From positions 359,290,001-359,354,000 of the forward strand of contig OZ024742.1 in NCBI GenBank assembly GCA_964016885.1: a stretch of 64,000 nucleotides of DNA, given 5' to 3'. The notes under the pieces were generated by a model. That model was not told the origin of the DNA and made no database searches. It saw only the letters and a list, made by a program, of their open reading frames with translations. Each line of letters starts with the position of its first letter. The stretch's first letter is position 1. A program made the position numbers and the translations under genes. The DNA is from Eledone cirrhosa (taxonomy: Eukaryota). Positions 26,395-38,404 of this stretch are shown here, one piece after another.

Positions 26395-26790
26395 CGTTTA
26401 CTAATGACCATGGGATTTGCACCTAGAAAGTTTTTCTCCAAGGCACAAGTCCGGGCAAGGTTGGTATGTGGAAGTCCAGCAGTCACCCATGCATACCAGC
26501 CTCAACCTCTCCATACGACCGATGTTGTCCAATTGAAAGGCAATGGTTAATACAGCTTGACACCAGTGACATCGCAACTTACTCTATATACATTATATAT
26601 ATATAAGATATATACACTATATATATATGATGTTGTCCAAGAAGAAAGGCTGATAGAGTTTGGCACCAATGACGTCGCAACTTATTTATACAGCTGAGCA
26701 AACTGGAACACTGTGAAATAAAGTATCTTGCTCAAGGACACAATGTATCATCAATTGCAAGCCCAACGCTCTAACCTATAAACCATGTGC
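26395..26790 (-). mobile_element. SINE (family B-related, long body) with an internal duplication around a TA-rich insert
   Basis: gtgaaataaagtatcttgctcaaggacacaa at ~26713-26743. gatgttgtccaa..gcaactta occurs at both 26521-26581 and 26629-26684. Confidence 0.7.
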
Positions 26791-27251
26791 CTTGACATAT
26801 TCAATCATAACCTCTATAATATTTAATATAATCGCAGTTCATCTGGATCCTAATAAAACATTGCCGAAAGAAAAGTTTTCGGATAGGGATCTCTAGAAAT
26901 AAATAAACATTGGTAAACCGAGCTGCAATGTAGATAGCAGAACATTCCAATATATAAGCATGACATAGATTGATTACCTATAACACTTTGACAGCATTCC
27001 TCATTCTGGATATTGAAGACATTGTATGTAAACAAAACTACATCAATACGAAATCCATATATTAACTATGACATGTCAAATTGGAAACGATCAATAAACC
27101 TGTGGTTGGATAAACATTGAAACTAACAATATCCCCAAAAGACTCGGAATTCTTTCCTGAAATAATTCCCATCCTCACTACGTGTCTGTCGGGCTATAAC
27201 GTCATTAACAAATCTGTTACCACTAATGGTTAAACGTAATACATTATTTCT

Positions 27252-27715
27252 GTTGGCAGTATCGGTAGAGGATTGGACACCATGCTTAGACGAATAGAGT
27301 TATGGCCCTTGCCATTCTGAGTTCAAATCCCGCCGAGGTTAACTTTGCCTTACAGAGTCGATAAAATAAAGTATCAGTAATGTACTGGGTATTTGCTGGC
27401 CTTGTGCCAAAAGTAGAAACAATTATTTCTAATATATGAAATATTTGGAACTATCGAGAAGAGACAATTCCAACATAGTATGAAACATTAAAAGCATTAC
27501 AGAAAATAAGTTGTAATAATGGTTTCTGATTTAATCACACGGCCAACAATTTGGGCGAAGAGGAAAATCGATTAAATTTTCCCCAGTGAATTACTGCTAC
27601 TTTATTTCATCCACCCCGTAAGGGTGAAAGGCAAAGATTTAAACTCAGATCGTAAAGAGGTAACTCTATGCCATAAAGCATGTTCTCCGACGCTCTACCG
27701 ACACTGTCAATCTAC
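27252..27715. mobile_element. Two SINE family A copies
   Basis: ~27252-27425 (+) and ~27523-27715 (-) match the consensus. Confidence 0.75.
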
Positions 27716-27815
27716 TATTAATATTAATATATATGTGATTTCAATATAGTTAATGATGTTAATATAATACAAAGTGACATTTTTTTAATTGATGTATATT
27801 ACAATACTTATTTGC

Positions 27816-27935
27816 CTTCTCTATTCTGTCCGTAGGGGTCGCGAGTCGGCCAGCGCGTGGGCCCCCATTTGAGAGATGGGGAGAGCGACTAGAGAGACGG
27901 GGTAGTGACTATACCAGCATTGCTGAAGTATTTTG
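27816..27935. repeat. Dispersed GC-rich element, copy 3 of 3
   Basis: ccttctctattctgtccgtaggggtcgcgagtcggccagcgcgtgggcccccatttgagagatggggagagcga..attgctgaagtattttg. Confidence 0.7.
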
Positions 27936-28644
27936 TAGATTGGAAGGGTAAGTGGTTTACTTTTTAATGCTAACATGCTGTGTGAACTTCTACTTGTCTA
28001 AGGAATCTATGAAAGAAGAGACAAGTATTTGTGAATTTTATCTTACTAAATATTTAGACTACTATGGAAATGATCTTTAAAAAATAAATAAATAGTTAAT
28101 AAATTCGACAGTAACCTTTGTCAATTTAAAGCGAAATTGACAAAAAGTAAATATTGGTATAAATTTCTAATATTTGGATTTTCTTTGGGAAGCAGGTGAC
28201 TACAGGTTTGGGAGGGGTTGGGGGGTTGACTCAAAACAAAAAAATTAGAATACACACCAAACCCCCCAATTTTACATATCGAAGTTAGCTTGTAATCGAA
28301 GTAATTAGTATTGAAAAGTTATACATACAGGTATTAAATTCAAAATGTCTAACCAACCTAAACCTAAAAGACCCAGCTGAGTGCACAGATAAATTGCTAC
28401 GGCCGTCGCTGGTAGGGACCCCTACAGCAGTGGACCCGGGGCAATTGCACCCATGTTCCCCCAATGAAATTGTTATAATAGAACGTTTAGGTGGACAGGA
28501 CTCATTCCATATCATTTGAAGGTATTACACCTTTAAGGTTTCTGTGAGTTGTGTGTACATTTAATATCTGTAAGTGGATGACTACAAGAAGTCCTGTCTG
28601 AGAATACAATAGAATACCAGAACATTAAAGTTATGGGAAAAATG

Positions 28645-28795
<151 letters not shown>

Positions 28796-28896
28796 AGAGA
28801 GAGGGAGAGAGACTGCCAAATATTTAAAATAAAATTAGAATGTTATTAGTCGCTCTAACACAGCTGATACATAAATGTAAGTATGCATACGTACAC

Positions 28897-28967
<71 letters not shown>

Positions 28968-29012
28968 CACACATATATACATATACATACATACACACAC
29001 ACACACACACAA

Positions 29013-29056
<44 letters not shown>

Positions 29057-29060
<4 letters not shown>

Positions 29061-29680
29061 GAGGGTCATATTGGTGTAATAATATTGCCAGAATTAATAA
29101 CAGAACACACTCACTGTTTGGTTGGTTTTCGCTTCTGTGTCTTTTATATCGGTTAATTTAATTTATTCGGTCCTCAGTGTTACCATTGACTGACCAACGG
29201 TCAAAAATATAGACACAAACACATATATATAGTCTATCAAAGATCTTTCGTTGCACATCTGCAACATCGTCAGTGGTGCTATTATGTTTCCTCCTGTTGT
29301 ATTGTATGCCTACGCCATCTTTATTTAGTCTGTTTATTTATAAATAAAGATGGCGTAGGCATACAATACAACAGGAGGAAACATAATAGCACCACTGACG
29401 ATGTTGCAGATGTGCAACGAAAGATCTTTGTTAGACTATATATATGTGTTTGTGTCTATATTATATCTGTATTTTTGACCGTTTGTCAGTCAATGGTAAC
29501 ATTGACGACCGAATAAATTAAATTAACCGATATAAAAGACACAGAAGCGAAAACCAACCAAACAGTGAGTGTGTTCTGTTATTAATTCTGGCAATATTAT
29601 TACACAAATATGACCCTCCCCAAGTATAACAATATTTGTTTCGACACACGATTTCATATCAAAAACCACGCAAAACTATA
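29057..29680. mobile_element. Fold-back element (~280-bp arms) with a hammerhead motif in each arm
   Basis: 29057-29328 is inverted at 29341-29621. acca CUGACGA u-guugca-gaug-ugcaac GAAA gauc UU ug lies at 29391-29432 (+) and ~29236-29277 (-). Confidence 0.85.
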
Positions 29681-29789
29681 TATATATATCCAAAATTTAA
29701 TTAAGGTTGTCATGTCTGAGAGACATGCACCATATTCACTGCAGAATAAGCTCAAAGATTCTAATGAATATATCCGAGCATTTTATATC

Positions 29790-30052
29790 AACTAAAAATA
29801 GATTGACATATATATATATAAAATAAACACATGAAACAATAATTTGTAAAGAATGTAAGCACATATAGCTAGGTAGGTAACTAATTAAAATTTAACTAGA
29901 ACTTCAAATATATATATTTGAAGTTCTAGTTAAACTTTAATTAGTTACCTACCTAGCTATATGTGCTTACACACTTTACAAATTATTCCCTGAGATTGTT
30001 TCATGTGTTTATTTTATATATATATATATGTGTGTGTCAATCTATTTCTAGT

Positions 30053-30056
<4 letters not shown>
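29790..30056. repeat. Imperfect palindrome centred at ~29911
   Basis: ...ttttaactagaacttcaaatatatatatttgaagttctagttaaa..., with arms extending ~120 bp each side. Confidence 0.85.
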
Positions 30057-30118
<62 letters not shown>

Positions 30119-30237
30119 ATTTATATAATTATATATATATATATATGTATGTAAAAGGTAAACAGAAATAACAACACAATCGGTACAGTATATGGAAGGT
30201 ATATATTAGGTTAACGTTTGATATAGCAGGAAGAGGG

Positions 30238-30275
30238 TGTTAATGTTTCGAACGCTAGTCCTTCATCAGAAGAAA
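30238..30275 (-). ncRNA. Degenerate minimal hammerhead core
   Basis: CUGAUGA a-gga-cuagcg-uuc GAAA cau UA. Stem I is poor. Confidence 0.5.
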
Positions 30276-31100
30276 GAATGAGAAATAAGATAGATTGAGG
30301 GGAGGGCGGGAGCTAATTTTGAAATGAAAGAACGTCAGTTACAGTCGTCAAGACAACAAAATAAAACGTGTATATGTGATGTATGTATATGTGTGTATAT
30401 GTGGTGATGTGTGTATTTGGTGATATGTAAATGTGGTGATGCGTGTATATGTGTATAAGTGTGTATATATGTGTGTATATATGTGTGTATATATGTGTGT
30501 AAATATGTGTGTATATGTGTGTATATGTGTAAATATGTGTGCATATGTGTGTATATATGTGTATATGTGAGCTTTTGTTCGTGTTTGTTTATTGATAAGT
30601 GTGTTAGAATATCTTGTTGTCGTGTACGGTATCTGATATCCTCACACACACACTTAGTGCATGGTGGGGGGGGGGGGTATTTCAGTGTTGGTGGGTGGAT
30701 AAGGGAGGGTACTGGAAGGGGTACAGGCAAGTGGGAAGCAAGGTAAACCTTTTACGCTTAAGTGGAGGTTGAGGCGATGAATGGAAACGTTTTGGTTGGG
30801 CATTGTTAGTGAGGACGCACCTGAGCAGGGCCGGATATAATGGTGGACAAAGGAGACAATTGCAGTGTGGTCCTCACCAGGGCCAGCCGTAGCAATTTAC
30901 CTTTGCCCTTAGCTGGGATTTTTAGTTTTAGGATGGTTAGAACTTTTTCATTTAATACCTGTATGTATATCCTTTCAACTCCAATTACTTGAGCCAAGCT
31001 AACTTTGATGTGTAAAATTGGAGGGGGAGGTCTAATAGTCTAAAAGCTGACCCAACTTGCCTCTAAGGAATAGCACGTTTAACTGGAAATGGACGACGAA

Positions 31101-31142
<42 letters not shown>

Positions 31143-31214
31143 ATATACAGCAAGATCAGTTGAGCTGATGTATATTCAAGTTCTGAAAAGGAAGGCAAAT
31201 ATTTGGATATATTA

Positions 31215-32273
31215 TTTGTGATGAGTATGATCCCTATAGGTTAGGTGATCAGTTATTGTGAGTATAAGTTCTATAGGTTAGGTCATCACTTATTGTAGTA
31301 TAAGTTCTATAGGTTAGGTCATCACTTATTGTAGTATAAGTTCTATAGGTTAGCTCATCAGTTATTGTGAGTATAAGTTCTATAGGTTAGGTGATCAATT
31401 ATTGTGAGTATAAGTTCTATAGGTTAGGTCATCACTTATTGTAGTATAAGTTCTATAGGTAAGGTCATCACTTATTGTGAGTATAGTTCTATAGGTTAGG
31501 TCATCAGTTATTGTAGTATATGTTCTATAGGTTAGGTCATCAGTTTACGTAGTATAAGTTCTATAGGTTAGATCATCATTTATTGTAGTATAAGTTCTAT
31601 AGGTTAGGTCATCAGTTATTGTGAGTATAAGTTCTATAGGTCAGGTCGTCAGTTATTGTAGTATAAGTTCTTTAGGTTAGTTCATCACTTATTGTGAGTA
31701 TAAGTTCTATAGGTTAGGTCATCAGTTATTGTAGTATAAGTTCTATAGGTTAGGTCATCAGTTATTGTAGTATAAGGGTTATAGGTTAGTTCATCACTTA
31801 TTGTGAGTATAAGTTCTATAAGTTGGGTCATCAGTTATTGTATAAGTCCTATAGGTTAGATCATCAGTTATTGTGAGTATAAGTCCTATAGGTTAGGCCA
31901 TCAATTATTGTGAGTATAAGTTCCATATGTTAGGTCATCAGTTATTGTATAAGTCCTATAGGTTAGATCATCAGTTATTGTAGTATAAGTTCTATAGGTT
32001 AGGTCATCAATTATTGTGAGTATAAGTTCCATATGTTAGGTCATCAGTTATTGTAGTATAAGTTCTATAAGTTAGGTCATCAGTTATTGTAGTATAAGTT
32101 ATATAGATTAGGTCATCAGTTATTGTAGTATAAATTCTATAGGCTAGGTCATCAGTTATTGTATTATCAGTTCTATAGGTTAGGTCATCAGTTATTGTAG
32201 TATAAGTTCTATAGGCTAGGGCGTCAGTTATTGTAGTATAAATTCTATAGGCTAAGTCATCAGTTATTGTAGT
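31215..32273. repeat. 36-37-bp minisatellite, about 29 units
   Basis: Unit is tcatcagttattgt(g)agtataagttctataggttagg. Confidence 0.93.
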
Positions 32274-33475
32274 GATTGTGTGGTTTTCAGTTCCACACGA
32301 GCCACAAGTTAGGTAAAACATCATTCTCTACAGAAATGACTCTTTATTCAGATTGACGCAAGATTGATAAGTTAATATTCCGGGAGCTTTTTTGTACATG
32401 TTTTCATGGACATGCGCGTTGATGACTGTATTTTAGTGTAGCTTATATGCGTTATATTATGAAGTGTGAAATATTTTTGAAGGTAATGAGGTTTTTAATT
32501 TAGAGAAGAGAGAAAGGAGGGCGTGGAATCGTAAATAGAAAATTATTAGATTTGATTATAATTGTCAATTAAAACTATATCAATGTGGATGAGATTGTGA
32601 GGCATAAATATGATTTAGCCCTATGTGGCAAGACACGATCAATTGGTATTTTGTTGTCAATTTAAACCACATTTAAACCGTTATTTTCGCCAACATTTTT
32701 CGGATGAGCAACCGGATTTACAGAACACTTACTTATGGACATTGCGGGATGATTGAGGGAAAGAGATGGAGAATATATAAGTACATCAGTCTTTTCCAGT
32801 TTAGTGTGATGAGCCACCCATTGGGAGGGAAAGATTCTTTAACTTAATCATCAATTCTGGTCAAGAATATCTCAGCATGTATGAGGGAGAATAGACTGTA
32901 GTTGGTAGTTCTCAGTATTTTGAGCTCTCATTACTAAGTACATATTTAAGCCGAGAGCTAGTAATGGAAGTTAATCAGTTAAAAACAATTATTGACCTAC
33001 ATATTTATTTCGGCTGGTTAGTTCAGAGTATTCTTCAATGTGATAGATATTGGAATTAATAATTGGAATATGAATAATTGCTTCACATATTTATGTTGAC
33101 CCTGAGCTACGAATTGCAATTATTCAGTTAAAAAACATATATATATATATTTTTTTTTGCTGAGCTATATAATTATGTTTCTAGAATTCTGAGGCTCAAT
33201 CTAAATATAATGATATGGTTTCAACTATACTCCAGTAAACTATGTTGGGTATATATAACCAGAGTTGTGATATATTTTGTTTGCTTTAATACACATAAAT
33301 AACATATTTACCTGTTACCTTGTGTTAATACAATCTTAATCTGTTCGATTGAGAACTAATATTTACTATGCTGAGCTATTGAACGATTAAAAGACATTGT
33401 TTGTACAATCAGGTCTGACCTGGGGCTAAACAACAAAATACACATCTGTTATTTCCAATATTAGTATATGTACTA

Positions 33476-33622
33476 TTGGATTGGCGTTATCGGTAGAGAG
33501 TCGGATGCCATGCTTTGAAGCATAGAATTACGGCCCTTGCCATTCTGGGTTCAAATCCCGCTGTGGTTAATTTTGGCTTTCATCCTTATGGCGTCGACAA
33601 AATAAAGTACCAGTAATGCACG
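33476..33622 (+). mobile_element. SINE family A copy
   Basis: ggattggcgttatcggtagag..gggttcaaatcccg..ctttcatccttatggcgtcgacaaaataaagtaccagt. Confidence 0.75.
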
Positions 33623-33809
33623 TTATTTGTCGTCGATGTTTAAAATCTGTTTAAGTTAATCAATGTCAAATGTAGATAATGGAAAATTTAGACATCAGAC
33701 AGTCTATTGAATTTCAACAACAAAACACTTTCCTCCAAATTATTTTTCTTCTTCTTCTTCTTCTTCTTCTTCTTATTATTATTATTATTATTATTATTGT
33801 TATTGTTAT

Positions 33810-36800
33810 TCCTTGAATCTCAGTCATTGATGTTGGTTAACTGGAAAGTCCGTTGGATTGAATATCAAGCCACTACCTGCAGCCTCAGATATTCAGGACG
33901 TATCGGAGGGTTCTTGCCGTTCCAAGCAAGCATGCCTTTTGAAGCGTTCCAAAAAGCGTGAAGGGGCCGATTTTCTTTAACCATCCCTGGAAACCTTTGG
34001 AGATAGTCCCCAGTGCGCCTATGACAATCGGGATCACTTTGACTTCATGGCAGTTCCAAATCCTTTTCACCTCCCACTTTAGGTCCTGGTATCGGTTAAT
34101 TTTCTCCCTCTCCTTCTCTTGCACTCTCGTGTCGAACGGGCAGGCCACATCCACAATCAGGCACGATCTTTTTTCTTTGTCCACAACCACCAGGTCAGGT
34201 CTATTGTGTTCCAGTTTTTTGTCCGTCTGTATCCTAAAATCCCACAGCACCTTCACCTGACTGTTCTCCATCACCGCCTCTGGCCTATGCTCATACCATT
34301 TCTCAGAATGTGGTAGATTGTTTACTTTGCACAGGTGCCAGTGGATCACCCTGCCCATCACATCGTGTCTCCAGCCCTTATAGTGGGTCTGGGCTAGGTG
34401 TTTACACTCGGACACAATGTGAGCCACAGTCTCCTCTCTCTCTCCACAGATCCTGCACAGCGGGCTAGCCTCCTCCTTGTAGATATGGTGCTTCAACCAC
34501 TTCGTTTTGAGGGCCTGCTCCTGCGCAGCCATTAGCATTCCTTCTGTAGCCTTTTTGAGGTCTCCTCTTCTCAACCAGTTCCATGTCTGTGGATCTCTAA
34601 ATTCAGTTTTCTCAAAGAAGGTACTATGAAGGGATTTTCCCCTAAGGCTGCTCTTCCTCCTTGATGTTATTTCCTCCTTGGATATCCCCTGGCCTACTGT
34701 CCCCTCCTTCAGTACAGCTCTGAGCATTGGCTCCTTACTATAGGTCACGTATTTGTATAGGTTGTTTTTCTCCATCTGAACACAGTCCTCTATGCTGATA
34801 AGACCTCTTCCACCCTCAGATCTCCTTAGGTAGAGTCTATCGACATCACTCCTCTTGTGGAACATGTTGTAGATAGTCAATAGCTTCCTAGTCTTCCTAT
34901 CCATTTCTTTTTGTTCAGCAACATTCCATCTCAGAATTCCCGCACTGTACCTAATAATAGACACAGCTCGGGAATTTACCGCGCTTATGGCATTTCTGCT
35001 GTTCAGATGTGACTTCAATACGCTCCTTACTCTCCGAATGTATTCAGTTCTTAACAATTCCTTCATTTTTTTGTTCTTTATGCCATCAGCCTCCAGAACG
35101 CCCAAATACTTGTATCCTTCCTCAGAGTCAATTTCCTTTATCATCTCACCTGTTGGTATCTGGATCCCGTTACTTCTGCTCAACCTACCCCTCCTCATCA
35201 CAATAACTCCACATTTACCAATACCAAACTGCATACATATATCACTGCTGAAAATACGGACAGTGTCAACAAGCACATCCAACTCCTTCTCACTTTTCCC
35301 GAAGAGCTTAAGATCGTCCATGAAGAGGAGGTGATTGATGGTAAGCTCTCCCCTTCCCAACTTGTATCCTGCTCTCACTTTTCGCAGCATAATGGTCAAG
35401 GGCATCAGGGCAAGGACAAACAACAGAGGGGACAGGCTATCTCCCTGGAAGATACCTCTCTTGATCTTCACGCTTCCCAAGGATACTCCAGTTGATGTCA
35501 ACTCTGTCTCCCAGGACCCCATACTCCTGCCCAGCAACTCTCTGATGTTATCTGCCACCCTGAAGATCTCCAGGCTTTTGGTGATCCAGGAATGAGGCAC
35601 CATGTCAAATGCCTTTCTGTAGTCTATCCATCCCATGGCAAGATCAGTGTGTCTCCTCCTGCAATTCCCCATTACCATCTTATCAATAAGCAACTGGTCC
35701 TTTGTACCACGTGACTTCTTTCGGCATCCTTTCTGTTCGTCCGGTAACAAGTTGTTTGTGTGGAGGTGATGGTAGATTTCCTCAGACACAATGCTCGTCA
35801 ACAGTTTCCACATTACGGGCAGACATGTGATAGGTCTATAGTTGGTAACATCATTACCCTTGATTCGGTCTTTCATTATCAGAACTGTGGTACCTTTTGT
35901 CAACCACTCTGGCACCTCACCCGACACCAAGCAGTCATTGAACATGGCCGTCAGCTTCGGGTGGAGGGATGTTAAATGTTTAATCCAATACCCCTGCACA
36001 CCATCTGGGCCTGGTGATTTCCAGTTGGTTAGTTTTTTGGCTTGCCCCTTAAGAGTTTCAACTGTGATACTCAAATCAGTCTGTTGCTGTGCCTGCTCAC
36101 CGATCTCCCTCTGTACTGTCTCAATCCACCCTGCCTGGGCATTGTGTCTAACATCCTGCTCCCATATTCCTCTCCAGAATGTTTTAGCTTGTTCCGCCCC
36201 AGGGATCAAGTCGGTGCCTCTTTCTTTCCCCTCAAGCTGTCCAAACAGCATCTTCTGGTTGTTGTCGAACATGCGGTTCTGTTTATACTGACTGACTCTG
36301 TTCTCGTATCGCCTGATTTTGGCACTCTTTGCTACAATGCGTTGCTTCAATTCCTCTATGATAATATTTAGCTTTTTACTCCTAGTTTTGTATTTTATTT
36401 CCAGTCTATTTTTAGTGCCTATGTTTTTTAGTGTCCCATTCAGTAGTGACTCAAGCTTTCCTATGTCATTTCTCATTTCCCCGATTTGCCCACTCAGTCG
36501 CTTCTTCCACCACGGCTCTGCTCTTTCTTGTCTGTTGTTTCCTCTCGCTTTTATACCTAGTAGTTTCCTCACCGTATTTGCTGTTGCTTTGAGGATATTG
36601 TTGCACTGGTGAAGACTCCTCGCCTCAAGGTATGGGATGACTTTGTTTACCTTAGCTGTTGTTTCTTTTAACTTTTTCCTGTCTACAAATCTTAGGTTCA
36701 TAGGTCTCCCACTATCATTGTTCAACTCATCTACCACTAAATTTAGGATGTCAACCGAATCTTGTCCTAGCCCGTCTGCATTCATCTCCTCAGTGGCCGT

Positions 36801-38328
36801 ATCTCTGTTCCAGGTATTATTTATCTCAGTATTCAGATCATTGTCTGCTTCGGGTGGTTCCTCCGCTCTCAGGACCTCCTCACCTTCATTTCCCGCCGGC
36901 TCGCTTGTCCGGCATACTACACCCGCCATCTCCAAGCCATTCTCTCTGCTCAGTTCCTCCAGTTCCAGCTCGCTTATCCACCCATTAGTTCTTATTACCC
37001 GAGCCTGCCCGGCCAATTTTTGTTCATCTAATTTAAATAAACCAATCTCGTTCCAGATGTTATGCATCCGTCTCCTGTAGCCCCTCTCCTTGGGGTTACT
37101 TTTCAGGTAGCATTGCATAACAGTTCTATTCAATTCTTTCGTCCAGTTGGTTCTGGCCCCTTTCCTTCTTCTTCTTCCTCCAACATCAGCAGTATTTCGT
37201 TGACAGTCAGGTTCCTGCTGCTGAGCCAGGGGGCACCTGTTGGGTGAGAGTCTGTCACATGACGTTCTAGTCTCCATTTCACCGTTATTCGAACTGTTTA
37301 TGTTCGATATTTAAACACTCTTATCGAGGATTGGCGAATGTATGTTTACATAGCCATCTGTGGATCCGCCATCCCACTTGGCCCTTGTGTGGCATTATCA
37401 CCACGCTGTATACGGACACACATAAACAAACAAACACACGGGCAGAAAGGGCCCCAAAAATGAATAAGCATAAGTTTCATTGTAATGTAGTATTCGAATG
37501 TCTGACTTAGTTTTTGTTTTTTAAGTTTTACTTTTTCCCCCCTCTTCTCTGTCCGTCCGCCTGCCTCTCTCTTCATTCTTATTTTCTTTACGTTTTGGGG
37601 GTTTCTTTTTTTGTTTTTGTTTTTCTCTGTTTTTCTCGTTTTTTACTGTTGTTGCTGTGCTGCTTTTGTTGTTTATTTTTTCTTTTTTCTTTTGAGTCTA
37701 TCTATATATTTTGATGCCTTCCTCTTTTTTAGCAGTAGGGATTCTATAATGTGGTGGCAGCAGCCAGCTAAAAGAAGAAGTGGGAGACTGGCGGCGGTAG
37801 CGATACTGAGACAGTGGTGGTGGTGATGTCGATACCGAGGCAGTGGTGGCGGTGATGTGACCGTATTACTGTAGCGATGGTGCTGTAGCGGTGGCAGCAG
37901 TGAAGGAGTGAAGGGGTGGTGGCGGCGGTGATGGGATAATGGTTGTAATGATGGCCGTAGTGATCGGTGGTGGTTTAGTGTACACAGGTGATAGGGTGGG
38001 TGGTGTATCTAGTTTCTGGTGTTGGTGAGTTTGGCTGTTCTATATAGTGTATACAGAGGAGGAGGGGGGGGGGTTCTTCTTCCATTTATAGCCATTTTCT
38101 TTTTTGGATATACAGTGTACAATACAAAGTTGAATATTTGAATATTTGAGCCTTATAACAATATATTTTGGGTCCGAATTTTTTGGGGCTCAAGCCGGGT
38201 GCTTTACGTAGCATTTGTACTAAGAGTTGTTATTTCACAAATGGTTTAAATATGTTAAAAATTCAAAACTTACGGGAGCGATTTCATGACCTCCGTCACC
38301 TCGTGCGTCTTCTTCCCTTATTCTTCCC

Positions 38329-38330
<2 letters not shown>
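33810..38330 (-). mobile_element. Full-length R4/Dong-like RLE non-LTR retrotransposon, copy 1
   Basis: Bounded by (TAA)n on both sides, with a ~1-kb 5' UTR, a single ORF and a ~75-bp 3' UTR. Confidence 0.9.
33885..37277 (-). CDS. Reverse transcriptase + CCHC zinc knuckle + restriction-like endonuclease, 1130 aa, intact
   Basis: RT motifs [40 protein letters not shown] and YKYLG. Zinc knuckle [18 protein letters not shown] motifs RHD, RPDLVV..IVDVACP and EKINRY. Confidence 0.95.
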   Translation of the reverse strand: METRTSCDRLSPNRCPLAQQQEPDCQRNTADVGGRRRRKGARTNWTKELNRTVMQCYLKSNPKERGYRRRMHNIWNEIGLFKLDEQKLAGQARVIRTNGWISELELEELSRENGLEMAGVVCRTSEPAGNEGEEVLRAEEPPEADNDLNTEINNTWNRDTATEEMNADGLGQDSVDILNLVVDELNNDSGRPMNLRFVDRKKLKETTAKVNKVIPYLEARSLHQCNNILKATANTVRKLLGIKARGNNRQERAEPWWKKRLSGQIGEMRNDIGKLESLLNGTLKNIGTKNRLEIKYKTRSKKLNIIIEELKQRIVAKSAKIRRYENRVSQYKQNRMFDNNQKMLFGQLEGKERGTDLIPGAEQAKTFWRGIWEQDVRHNAQAGWIETVQREIGEQAQQQTDLSITVETLKGQAKKLTNWKSPGPDGVQGYWIKHLTSLHPKLTAMFNDCLVSGEVPEWLTKGTTVLIMKDRIKGNDVTNYRPITCLPVMWKLLTSIVSEEIYHHLHTNNLLPDEQKGCRKKSRGTKDQLLIDKMVMGNCRRRHTDLAMGWIDYRKAFDMVPHSWITKSLEIFRVADNIRELLGRSMGSWETELTSTGVSLGSVKIKRGIFQGDSLSPLLFVLALMPLTIMLRKVRAGYKLGRGELTINHLLFMDDLKLFGKSEKELDVLVDTVRIFSSDICMQFGIGKCGVIVMRRGRLSRSNGIQIPTGEMIKEIDSEEGYKYLGVLEADGIKNKKMKELLRTEYIRRVRSVLKSHLNSRNAISAVNSRAVSIIRYSAGILRWNVAEQKEMDRKTRKLLTIYNMFHKRSDVDRLYLRRSEGGRGLISIEDCVQMEKNNLYKYVTYSKEPMLRAVLKEGTVGQGISKEEITSRRKSSLRGKSLHSTFFEKTEFRDPQTWNWLRRGDLKKATEGMLMAAQEQALKTKWLKHHIYKEEASPLCRICGEREETVAHIVSECKHLAQTHYKGWRHDVMGRVIHWHLCKVNNLPHSEKWYEHRPEAVMENSQVKVLWDFRIQTDKKLEHNRPDLVVVDKEKRSCLIVDVACPFDTRVQEKEREKINRYQDLKWEVKRIWNCHEVKVIPIVIGALGTISKGFQGWLKKIGPFTLFGTLQKACLLGTARTLRYVLNI

Positions 38331-38390
<60 letters not shown>

Positions 38391-38404
38391 GTTGTTGTTG
38401 TTAT

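Noticed and set aside
25100-27230. Very old R4-like RT/RLE remnants (KMDKYRKLA..; GI..NSP.SL)
   Set aside because: Similarity is too weak to support by eye and needs tblastn/HMM confirmation.
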